Shown here in pieces: positions 1 to 10,561 of a stretch of DNA of 64,000 nucleotides (its first letter is position 1; each line of letters begins with the position of its first letter). A program made the translations under genes and the position numbers. The stretch is from positions 34,534,001 to 34,598,000 of the forward strand of contig NC_083223.1 in assembly GCF_032191835.1 (NCBI RefSeq), given 5' to 3'. This DNA comes from Heteronotia binoei (Eukaryota). The notes below the pieces were generated by a model that had not been told where the DNA came from, made no database searches, and saw only the letters and a list, made by a program, of their open reading frames with translations.

Positions 1-1067
1 CAGAGAGTGAGTATAAATGGGCAGTCTTCGCAGTGGAGGACGGTAAGCAGTGGGGTGCCGCAGGGCTCTGTACTGGGTCCCATGTTCTTTAACTTGTTCA
101 TAAATGATTTAGAGTTGGGAGTGAGCAGTGAAGTGGCCAAGTTTGCGAATGACACTAAATTGTTCAGGGTGGTGAGAACCAGAGAGGATTGTGAGGAACT
201 CCAAAGGGATCTGTTGAGGCTGGGTGAGTGGGCGTCAACGTGGCAGATGCGGTTCAATGTGGCCAAGTGCAAAGTAATGCACATTGGGGCCAAGAATCCC
301 AGCTACAAATACAAGTTGATGGGGTGTGAACTGGCAGAGACTGACCAAGAGAGAGATCTTGGGGTCGTGGTAGATAACTCACTGAAAATGTCAAGACAGT
401 GTGCATCTGCAATAAAAAAGGCCAACGCCATGCTGGGAATTATTAGGAAGGGGATTGAAAACAAATCAGCCAGTATCATAATGCCCCTGTATAAATCGAT
501 GGTGCGGTCTCATTTGGAGTACTGTGTGCAGTTCTGGTCGCCGCACCTCAAAAAGGATATTATAGCATTGGAGAAAGTCCAGAGAAGGGCAACTAGAATG
601 ATTAAAGGGCTGGAGCACTTTCCCTATGAAGAAAGGTTGAAACGCTTGGGACTCTTTAGCTTGGAGAAACGTTGACTGCGGGGTGACATGATAGAGGTTT
701 ACAAGATAATGCATGGGATGGAGAAAGTAGAGAAAGAAGTACTTTTCTCCCTTTCTCACAATAGAAGAACTCGTGGGCATTCGATGAAATTGCTGAGCAG
801 AAAGGTTAAAACGGATAAAAGGAAGTACTTCTTCACCCAAAGGGTGATTAACATGTGGAATTCACTGCCACAGGAGGTGGTGGCGGCCACAAGTATAGCC
901 ACCTTCAAGAGGGGTTTAGATAAAAATATGGAGCACAGGTCCATCAGTGGCTATTAGCCACAGTGTATGTGTGTATATAAAATTTTTTGCCACTGTGTGA
1001 CACAGAGTGTTGGACTTGATGGGCCGTTGGCCTGATCCAACATGGCTTCTCTTATGTTCTTATGTTC
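1..1067 (+). mobile_element. CR1 LINE, 3' part (end of the ORF2 RT domain plus 3' UTR), with a premature stop
   Basis: ORFs 7..675 and 688..957 read SGVPQGSVLGP, KFANDTKL, RDLGV, EYCVQFWSP and TRGHSMKL, typical of CR1 ORF2. A TGA at 673-675 splits the frame. The element ends in a (TTCTTATG)-type tail at about 1050-1067. Confidence 0.95.
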
Positions 1068-1090
1068 AAGTTGCTTTCTTTCTGCCTCTC

Positions 1091-1229
1091 NNNNNNNNNN
1101 NNNNNNNNNNNNNNNNNNNNNNNNNNNNNNNNNNNNNNNNNNNNNNNNNNNNNNNNNNNNNNNNNNNNNNNNNNNNNNNNNNNNNNNNNNNNNNNNNNNN
1201 NNNNNNNNNNNNNNNNNNNNNNNNNNNNN
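1091..1229. other. Assembly gap (N run)
   Basis: Run of N. Confidence 1.
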
Positions 1230-1624
1230 TGGCTCTCACACATCTGACATTTATTCTATGTGGCTCTTAAGTTAAGCAAGTTTGGCCACCCCTACCCTAG
1301 TGGGTCCCATCTAACTCTCTCCCTAAAACTGCAGGAACACTTGCAAGGAATTTTCCTCTGTGTGCTGTGCTCGGGGGCTGCATTGTGGTTGCATGTCAAA
1401 ATTCCAAAGGTGCCCACGAGCTTAAAAAGGTTGGAGTGCCTTGTCTCTCTGAAGGAGGCCCAGTTAGAGTTGCCAGGTTTGGGTTGGGAAATATCAGGAG
1501 ATTTGGGGGAAGGAGCCCCATGGTCAGGCAAGGTGTCCTTCTTGAAGACCAGAGTCAGTGTCAAGGGTCCACGCACTTGCAGGCGGATAGCCATGCTGGT
1601 CTGCAGTAGAAGAGCAAGATATGA

Positions 1625-1720
1625 GTCCAGTAGCATCTTAGAGACCAGTCAGACTTGAGGGGTATAAGCTTTTGAGAGTCAAAGCTCCTTTCATCACATC
1701 TGACAAAAGGAGCTTTTCAA
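1625..1720 (-). repeat. Penelope-like element terminal relic with a decayed minimal hammerhead ribozyme motif
   Basis: The reverse strand reads gTGATGA-AAGGAG-CTTTGA-CTCT-CAAAA-GC-TT-ATAC, a degenerate CUGAUGA / stem II / CGAAA-GC-UH core. An inverted partial copy (CTGACAAAAGGAGCTTT) abuts it. The upstream GTAGCATCTTAGAGACC segment is characteristic of reptile Penelope-type ends. Confidence 0.6.
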
Positions 1721-4189
1721 CCCCCCCCCCCATATGTTTGTCTCTAAAGGTCAGTACAGTGGTCCTCCAGTGGTGCACCAGGTGGGAGGAGAATGGAGGT
1801 TGTGGCAGGATGACTCAGGAAAGTGCATAGGAAACCTATGTGGATGTTCCATTGCTTGTGTGGATGTCTTTGCCTTTGCAGCAGCAATAAGTTCACAACA
1901 GAGAGTCACTGCTGAATGGATGCAGCCCTTTGTGAAATTTAATCATTTATTTAGTAGGGTTTTTTTGGTTGCCATTTGCCCAAGGGGTCTTGTGGTGACT
2001 TACTGCTCTTAAAACAACATCATAATAAATAAATTAGGGGTCATCACTAAGAAAGCCTTTCCCCTGAAATGCCTCAGCTTGAAACAGAATTTCTAGCTCA
2101 TGATCACCCAGAGATCTTCGTGGCTGAGTGGGGCTCTGAACCATATTTTAGAGTGTCCTAAAAGGAATGAGAACATAAAATGCCATGTTTGGTAGTGATT
2201 AATAACTGAGCATGGGGTCCGCTCTTGCTGTGCTGGCACAGCAGAGTTATGCTGGGGTTTTCCATGCCACATTTCCCTGGTTTTCAAGGCATCTTGGAAG
2301 AATGCTTTCCTTCTACTTCTTGCCATGTTTTCAGCATGGCAGTGGAAGGTGCTGCAGTCACTGCTTTTGACAGCGTTGAAATGTATTTATTTATTTATTT
2401 AGCGGATTTATATTCTGCCCTTTCCCATATGGACTCAGGGCAGATTACAGGCATAAACTTCCCAGTTCTTTGCCGGCAGGAGAGTCTCTTCTAACTAGGT
2501 TAGGTCTCAGGCAGTGAGACTGCTTTTGGCAAGGCATAGGTTCAGTGAATAAATGCATTTTTTCTCCCTGACTCTCACATGGAGTGCAACTAACAGATAT
2601 AGCAAGAATCCCACAGCTAGCTAGTGAAAAATGTCATATTTCATGCCTTCCACATAATAGCCATCTGTTCTGAAAAATGAAACACAATGTCCAAATGTCA
2701 GCTTACTGCAGGTATCTTCAAATCTCTTTCCTATTTTTTTTTGGGGGGGGGGGGGGTGGCGATTGTTGTATATCTCTTGTACTTTTCCCCTCCCTATTTC
2801 CACTTGCTGTGATATTACGGCATTTGGTTTTTGTTCTTGCCAAGAGGGCAAGGTGTTAAGTTCAGTGCTAGTTATCTTATAGGTTCATAAATTTACTGTT
2901 AAGACTCTGTTGATGATTAATGTTACCTCGTGTTCCACTATGTATGGAATAGGAAGACAACACCTCCATTAGTAATTTATTCTTCAACTGGTTTGGGGCT
3001 GAAAGCAGAAATCTGATGTCCTGTCTCTGTTTTGACCCTCAGGCTTAGTTGATTATTTTTCTAAATTCCCCCTTCCTTGTTTAAGAGCATTAAAGTTTGC
3101 TTCTGCACTGCTGGGTTTTCATATATTCCTCTCATGATCCAATGAATCAAATCCATATTCATTTGTGCAGCTACAGTTTTTTTCAACCTGATGGGGCTTG
3201 CCCCATCACCTTGGTACATCTAGCATTGATATATCAAGCCACCTTGTCTTTTTTCCCCATTTCCTAATGGAAAAGTAAATGCTTATTCTCTTTTTTACTT
3301 GATATATGCCTTCAGTGTGCCGTAAAGATATGAACCTGATGGAGTCCGTAAATTATAAAGCAGGAGTTCTTTTTCTATTACTGTGAATAACAATTGGATA
3401 TCTGGTTCTTTACAATAAGTTATTTATTCTCCATTTTGAGGTTTTATCCACACCCCAGGTGGTGGCCATGTATATTTCAACAGGCACTGGCACAGAGGCG
3501 GTTATGATGCTCTTGCACTGTATTAGATTGTATCCAGTGGAAAGAAATGAATTTGAGAGCAAGACATATAGACCGATGGAAAAAAAATAAAGTCTTCTCT
3601 TGTTGAATGTGAGATTTTCTATTTGCTTCATATCTGTTATCAGCATCGTCGTCATGTAAATGAATATGATCTAGCACACAGTATGCACAATATGTCAGAG
3701 AGAGCAGGTGTCTATACACTACACCATGTCTGAGAAATTTGTAAAAGCATTCCTAACACCATTTTAAAAAATAAAAAAATGGAGGTGAAGAGAAGCTGGG
3801 TAGATGTCACCTGTCTGTTTATGACCACGCTTCCTGTCATTGCAGGAGAGACAAGCAGAATGGATTAGAATCAGGGCTACCAAACAATGACAGTATTTTA
3901 GCTCACCTATCATCTGGCTTTTAACTGATCAGTTTCTTATAATTATTTTAAAAAGTACATATTACTAAACTGCAGAGATGTCTCTTGAGTAGGGCAAATT
4001 GAGGCAGCTGCCATGTGGCAATGCTTTTGGGGGGCTCACACATCTCCAATGAAGCCACTGATCACATGGGTGCTATCATTATTAATATTTATTGGATTTA
4101 TAGCCCTCCCTCCCCTGTACTGGGAGGTGGGCTCAGAATGGGTATGTGTGAGGCTTCCTCCCTTGGTGATTGGCAGTGGCTTGGGAACA

Positions 4190-5232
4190 GAAGTTTTATG
4201 AGGTGGAGGATGGTGGGAAGAGCTTATCCAAGGATTGCACCCCCACGGCAATGAGCATACTAAGCCATTGATATTGATGTCTCCTGGATTCCGGATGCTT
4301 CCCTTTCTATGGAGGCCCAGGTCACTAAGGTTGCCCAGTCAGCCTTTTACTATCTTTGGCTGGTCAGTTTTACTATCTTTGACTGGTTCCCTATCTCTGC
4401 CCCCCTCCCATGACAGTGATCCATGCAATGGTCACTTTCAGGTTAGATTACTGACTCTCTCTACATGGACCTACCCTTGAGTCTGATTCAGAAGCTTCAA
4501 CTTGTACAGAATGCAGCAGTGTGCCTGCTGACTGGGACGTCTCTGCAGACGCACATTCAGCCTGCGCTGCACCAATTGCATTGGTTACTGATTGAGTACT
4601 GGATCGAATTCAAGGTGATGGTACTAACCTTTAAGACCCTATATGGCCAGGAACCATCATACCTACGGGACCGTCTCTCCCTGTATGTGCCTTGAAGAGC
4701 CTTGTGTTCTTCTGAGCAGCACCACCTAGTGGTCCTCAGCCCAAAGAACATCCACTTTGCCTTGACTAGGGCCAGGGGCTTTTCAACATTGGACCCTGCC
4801 TGGTGGAACATGCTCCTGGATTAGGTCAGGGCCCTGCTGGGCCTGCAAAATGGAACTGTTCTGCCAGGCTTTTCGCTGAGGCAGTGGATATCCAAAGAGT
4901 ATCAGCCTTTCCTTCTCTATCTGCTCAATTTGTTCAGTCTGCCTCAATTGCCTTAAGGGTACTTCCTATACCAATTTGGTGCCAGTATCAGCTGAGTCTA
5001 GTGAGTCTGAGAGAAATATGCGCTTCCTGATATTGTTGCAACATGCAATGAAGATATAAACTGTTAAGCTGCCATCATGTGTTAATTTAAGTAGTAAGTA
5101 TTTATTTGGATGCAATTGTTTGACGTTTTTATGAACTACTATTTATTGTTTTATCATGTGATGTGAGCCGCCCTAAGCCCACTTGTGGGATAGGGCAGAA
5201 TACACAATAAATAAATAAATAAATAAATAAAT
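4190..5232 (+). mobile_element. L2 LINE, decayed 3' end
   Basis: ORF 4465..4695 reads KLQLVQNAAVCLL...LHQLHWL...FKVMVLTFK...PSYLRDRL, the L2 ORF2 C-terminus. The 3' UTR ends in GTGAGCCGCCCTAAG and an (AAAT)n tail. The 5' boundary is approximate. Confidence 0.85.
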
Positions 5233-6169
5233 TTTAGTCTATTGGTGGCATGCCATTGTGTTTCTCTCATAAGTAAGATTTCTTATAGTACTACAGTAGG
5301 ATTGTCTCTTCCTTCTCTTGTGGAGGTTTAGGAGCTTACCATTCTGACTGCAACTGGGTTTGGAGGGCCAAGGCACTGTCTTCCATAATTCAGTAGTCTT
5401 CTAGTGTGTTCTTTTAGTCACAAATACTACTGCACCCTGTTCATTTATTACTCTTAATCTGACAAGAGGGTGGGCAGGTAATGTGCCTCGGGAAGGACCA
5501 AATGCACCAAAGGTTTCTAGTTGTTGACATGTGGTTGGTGGTAAATAGCTGAAGAAATGAGAGGAAGAGAGTGGGAAGAGGAGACCAGGCTTCCGTGAAA
5601 ACACCCAAGCAATGAATCCACTGAACTCATATTCAAAACTAGTTTTAATCACTGTGGACCTTTCAGAAATATGGCCGTTGCCTGTTTGATTTTTTTTCTC
5701 TTCAAAACTTGCGGCTACATTTGGCATCAGATTTCTGCTCGGAAGCGTTCTGAAGCTCAGTACATACTGGGATATTACTATTCTTATGGATTCATAAATT
5801 TTCTGAGCATCTTTACAATCTTCTTTGATGGCTTTCCATTCTGAAAGTCCACCAAAGAACACATTTGTCATGATGAGCAGTTTTTGCAGAAACGTAGAAG
5901 TTTTTTTTTTGTCTTAATGGACAATGTGCCCAGAAGATAGACTGGACTGGAGATTTAGTTTTCAGATGCTGCCCCTGCCACCGGGTGTCCTTGAGAAAGG
6001 CAGTATCTCTTCAGTTTCCACTTTTATTGGGTATAGCGACGACCTGCTTCACTAAAGATGATATAGGAATGATTGGGAAACAAGAAAGCAGTATTTGTAA
6101 AGATGGCTTTATCAAGTCAGTTTCATATTATGTGTATTCTAATGGTCTTGAAATTTTATAAGAAATAAT

Positions 6170-6631
6170 CAGGCCTCATTTTGGGCAAAGCTCACAGGAG
6201 TGGAGTTCTGGAACCTCTAAATTTTATTGTGCTCCTTCTTTCTTATCCCACCCCACCCCAATACTTGCTTCTGGGATCCATTGTTCAACCCTCCTGTGAG
6301 AATTTTGTTGAATGCTAAGATTTGACAAACTTTCTAATATTTTTTCTCAACCCCCCAAAATGGGGAAATAACCAAAACATATAAAGCAGACAGATGGAAA
6401 TCTTTATCATGCCATTGTGGCCACATAGAAGAAAGTAATTTAACAAATATGATGGGAGTAAGGTTTTATTATGACAATTGTAATTCAAGCAGCATTTTAA
6501 GGTAGATGCTGAAATGATACAATTCAGTACCCCTTCTGGTGCTGTCAGGGTATGTGGCATATGCAAATGAGTTATGCAAATGAGTTGTCCTAATGAGTTC
6601 TGGCACCTCTTTTTCTATAAAATGACCCCTG
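6170..6631 (-). mobile_element. hAT-family MITE
   Basis: TIRs CAGGCCTCATTTT / AAAATGACCCCTG with a perfect 8-bp TSD GAAATAAT (6162-6169 and 6632-6639). Homologous to 15051-15724 in the opposite orientation. Confidence 0.85.
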
Positions 6632-7561
6632 GAAATAATTGTGGTAAGCTGCAGGAAAATCCTCAGAATAGCATCTGTTATTTTAAAAATTAACTTTTTA
6701 TAATATGGCAAATTTGAATTTTGGTCTCCATAGGCTACTTTGTAAGAATGATGGTAATGATACACCTGACCACTTGTTCTCAGAGGCAAGATTTTCCCTC
6801 AGTTTTTCTTTCTCTTTTCAGACTCAGCTGCCCTAGTTATGTGTTTTCTTTTTTGCTGTAGAAACTATGGCTGTTCTACCCTATCACAGTTGGTATTTTG
6901 TTGCTGGTTTAGCCCAGGAACTTGAGGGAAGGGTTGAGATGCCCCTTCAGCTTAAACCACTGAAATGGCACTCAAGGCTTTTTAAAATTCAAAAAATAGA
7001 AATATTTTATTTAGCACATTAAAAATTCAGGCAGAATCAGGGGGGGAAATTCTGAAGTAATTTAATATACAATTTTGAGTTAAATCAATACATGCATAGT
7101 TCATAGGCTATTGAGTTTCTTAAGGTTTTCACAGTGACTTAGAATCTTTAAGATGATATGCTTTTGCCTCAGTGTTTTTCAAACACTCCAATACACTTTG
7201 AGTATTCACTAACTCTTTTGGTTTCCAGAAGGCTGGGACACTCTATCTAGTGTACCCAAACTAATTCACTAAACACACCAGTACTCTTCTTGAGCTTTAC
7301 TGATCGTTCCAGTTTCAAAAGGCAGTCTCTAACCACACCAGACCAGGGATATCTCCACTCTTCAGAGCTATCGTCTTGTTTTGACTGGGTAGGGAAATCC
7401 TTCTCTCACTTAGGCTTGCCAATTCCCAGGTCCCAGTGGGGGTTCTCCCGCTTTCCCAGGTTCCTTCCCGCTCCCAGTCGGCTGGCCAGCGGAGGGAAGC
7501 CTCACACCCATAGCCACCATGTGTCTTTTCACCTCTGGAGGCTTCAGACTTCACTTGGAAA

Positions 7562-7969
7562 TAGGGTTGTCAAGTACCTTTTTATCTCTGATGGGGGATG
7601 ATCTTCATGTGCACAAAGCGCGCAAGACATGATGACGTCACCTGGAAATGACATTGTCATGTGGCGTCTACTCTAGGCATTTCCGGGATAACTCTATTCT
7701 GTTCTCCCAGACACTCTAGCCATTTGGGAGGGGGGACTCGATGGTACCTATTGTACCATAGAGTTTTCCCTCTCAAATGGCTAGAGCGTCCAGGAAAACC
7801 ATAGAGTGGATGCCCCACAATGTCGCTGGCATGATGACATCACTTCCAGGTGATGTCATCATGCTGGCAACATCAGGGGAGGTTCTCCCCACCAGTGCAA
7901 TGTGGGCCAGTGGGTTGGGAACCTCCCAGGTGGGGGAACCCCAGCCCGGACTGGGGCTTGGAAACCCTA
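7562..7969 (+). mobile_element. hAT Blackjack-like MITE nested in the 7411-9350 element
   Basis: TIRs TAGGGTTGTC / GAAACCCTA with a perfect TSD CTTGGAAA (7554-7561 and 7970-7977). Same family as 20344-20673 and 20773-21206. Confidence 0.85.
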
Positions 7970-8219
7970 CTTGGAAAGGCTTCCTCTTGGGGTGGTGTAT
8001 CTGTGTCTTTAAGGCTGAATGGGGGCAGGGGGAGCAGGCAGAACAACATGGCTGCTCCCACTGGCTGTGAAAGCAGCCCAGATCCTCCATTGGTTGCCCA
8101 ATCTTTTTAGAGGTCGTTTGCATAGGAAAGGTAAATTTGTACCTTTGATTGCTCTGTGTTACTTTGAAGAAGTTGGAAGTTCAGCAACTCGTGAGTAGAG
8201 ATGCCAATCCCCAGGTGGG

Positions 8220-8875
8220 TTAGCAAATAAGGGAAGTGTCACTGGGAGGATGGGAGTCTAGGGATAACCGCGCACAATTATAGTTTTTAATATAATATCT
8301 ACTGTTGCAATTATAACACCAAAGTATGCTTCTACTGTTACTTTTATAATATTCACTTGCAATTATTAACAAAAAATACTTAGAGTGATATTACAAACAT
8401 CTTAATCAATGAGTTCCTATACAATGAATAAGATAGTTATACAAGCCCATAGACATTTGGAATTGATTCCACTTCATCAATGTTATGGATAGGTAAGGTG
8501 ACAGTATTTCTTCCAAAAATCAGTGACATGCTTCTGGTAACAAATAGGCATGTTTTGGTAAAGATTCCTTTTTCTGATTATTAAATAATTTTTCTGGAAC
8601 CACTGCTCAATTCATGAAACATACACTTTCAGTTTCCAAAGCAGAGAGGGGTTCTCTCTCACGGCTTAAAGCTGTGCTGCATAATTTTTCTGGAACCAGT
8701 GCTCAGTTGCTACAAACGCATAAGTCCAGTCAATGACTCTCAAGTCACTAAATATTGTTTGTTAATAATTGCAAGTGAATATTATAAAAGTAATAGTAGA
8801 AGATACTCTGGTTTAATAATTGCAACAGTAGATATTATATTAATAACTATAATTGTGTGCGGTTATATCTAGACT
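8220..8875. mobile_element. AT-rich foldback insert with inverted arms of about 140 bp
   Basis: 8252-8390 is the reverse complement of 8745-8878. The insert is flanked by a 16-bp direct duplication, CCAATCCCCAGGTGGG (8204-8219 and 8876-8891). Confidence 0.7.
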
Positions 8876-9728
8876 CCAATCCCCAGGTGGGAGCAGGCCC
8901 TCCCCCACTTCAGAGTCATCAAAACCGAGGGGGGGGGGAGGGAAATGTCTGCTGGGCACTTATTCCCTATGGAGATCGATTCCCATAGGGTATAATGGAA
9001 AATTGATCTAGGGGTATCTGGGGCTCCGGAGGGGCTGTGTTTTGAGGTAGAGGCACCAAATTTTCCGGATAGCATCTGATGGCTCTCCTCAAAATGCTCT
9101 CCAAGTTTCAAAAAGATTGAACCAGGGGGTCCAATCCTATGAGCCCCAAAAAAGGTGCCCCTATCCTTCATTATTTCTAATGTAGGGAAGGCATTTAAAA
9201 TGAGTGCAGTTCCTTTAAATGTGATGGCCAGAACTCCCTTTGGAGTTCAGTTGTGCTTGTCACAAATTTGCTTATGGTTCCACCCCCAATGTCTCCTGGC
9301 ACCACCCCCGAAGTCCCCAGATATTTCTTGAATTGGACTTGGCAACCCTACTCTCACTAGAAGATCTATTCCTTTCTTTGGCCCGAATGAGAGACTTCTC
9401 CTAACTACTCTGTCTTCCTTGACAACCTCCCCAGTGCTTCATCTATGTTAAACTGCTTTCAGTCAAGACTGAATTCAAACACTATTAGTAGTCAACTCTT
9501 CTCAGCTAGGGCAGAAATCAGATTGAATACTCCTCAGAATTAACCTCTAAAGTCTTTGCTCAGATGCTACTAACCAATCAGATTCCTTGGAGGAGCTTGT
9601 CACTCAAGGTTTTCTGTTTCTGTGAAGAACTAATCCTTCACAGTCCTATTTCTGTTTATGCAACACTTCTAAGTTTTTAAAAGTGCAGGCCATCACAGAA
9701 GGCAAAACAGAAAAACCAATATAGTAGG

Positions 9729-9896
9729 GAGGGACTATGGCTTAGTGGTGGAGTATGTGTTCTACATAAAGAAAGCCTCATTCCAAGATTCAGATGATGT
9801 GAAAGTCTCTCCCTGAGACCATGGAGAAGTGCAGCCAGTCAGGCTAGACAATACTGACCTTGATATCTTTGTGGCCTTACTTAAGGCAGATTCATG
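9729..9896 (+). mobile_element. tRNA-derived SINE (Squam2 / Anolis SINE2-like), decayed
   Basis: A-box-like head GGCTTAGTGGTGGAG, followed by the body CCTGAGACCATGGAGA...GCCAGTCAGGCTAGACAATACTGAC, which is shared with 16548-16695. Confidence 0.65.
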
Positions 9897-10073
9897 AGGG
9901 TAGCAAAGAAGGATTCAATATAAAAAAACAAAGCCAGGCATTATTGTAATAAACCTGTATCTGTGAAAATATGACCATCTAATAAATGCTACTGACATTT
10001 ACAGCAGAGTATGATTTACCTGTTGCAATCTGCTGCCCTTGGTCAAAACCTGTTTTGCCTATGACTAAAGTGG

Positions 10074-10509
10074 TGTCAAGATCGACTGATTATGACTAAA
10101 GACTGGGGGATCTTGGCTCAAGTATCAGGCCTGGTTAAAATCATAATGGATCCACTGCTGCTAATGTTCTACCCTTAGTTACTTCCCTTCCCCCCTTTTA
10201 TTATTTTGATTTGACTGTGTGAAAGAAATAGTCGGCACCTTCTCAGGGCCTGAGGTGGGAGTAATCCTTGAATGCAAGGACAGGAGGTCAGCTATCGCCT
10301 GAGAAAGTATCTAGTAGTTATGTGTGAATATTGCCTCCTGAACCGCCCCCCACCCCAGTAGAAATGTTTTTGAAGTGTATCTTAAAACCCATGTATCAAT
10401 GTATTGGTTTCATTCTTAGCAAGCTAGAGGCTTGTGCCAGAGTACCGGTTATCAATAAATGTAGTCTTAGTATGAACTTTGACTCATTCTTGAATCCGTC
10501 GACTTGACA
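10074..10509 (+). repeat. 5' LTR (436 bp)
   Basis: TG...CA termini. Direct repeat of 13949-14441, roughly 95% identical by eye outside indels. AATAAA at about 10454. Confidence 0.95.
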
Positions 10510-10522
10510 TTTCGCTAAGAAT
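10510..10522 (+). promoter_or_regulatory. Primer-binding site, apparently self-priming (not tRNA-complementary)
   Basis: TTTCGCTAAGAAT lacks the TGG start of a tRNA PBS. GCTAAGAAT (10514-10522) is the exact reverse complement of ATTCTTAGC at 10412-10420 within the LTR. Confidence 0.7.
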
Positions 10523-10561
10523 CCGTTTGAAGCTTAACCACCCTGGCCACTTTGTAGCCAA

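Larger units (their letters stand above)
7411..9350 (+). mobile_element. Composite hAT (Blackjack-like, TAGGGTTGCC TIR) non-autonomous element with nested inserts
   Basis: TIRs TAGGCTTGCC / GGCAACCCTA with a perfect 8-bp TSD CTCTCACT (7403-7410 and 9351-9358). Confidence 0.8.
7113..9700. repeat. Unclassified interspersed repeat of about 650 bp, split by a MITE stack (segments 7113-7410 and 9351-9700)
   Basis: After removing 7411-9350 it aligns by eye with 62916-63680 (shared GAGTATTC..AACTCTTTTGGTTTCCAGAAGGCTGG, CTAACCACACCAGACCA, AGAAGATCTAT, CACTCAAGG). Confidence 0.65.

Noticed and set aside
1007-1275. ORFs in the track spanning N runs (also 21868-22157 and 61028-61429)
   Set aside because: Their length comes from ambiguous bases.
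2621-3876. Chain of minus-strand exon candidates (3811-3876, about 3477-3670, 2927-2998, 2621-2669)
   Set aside because: Splice-like sites exist, but donors are weak or missing, the phases do not join consistently and the peptides are unrecognisable. This is compatible with chance.
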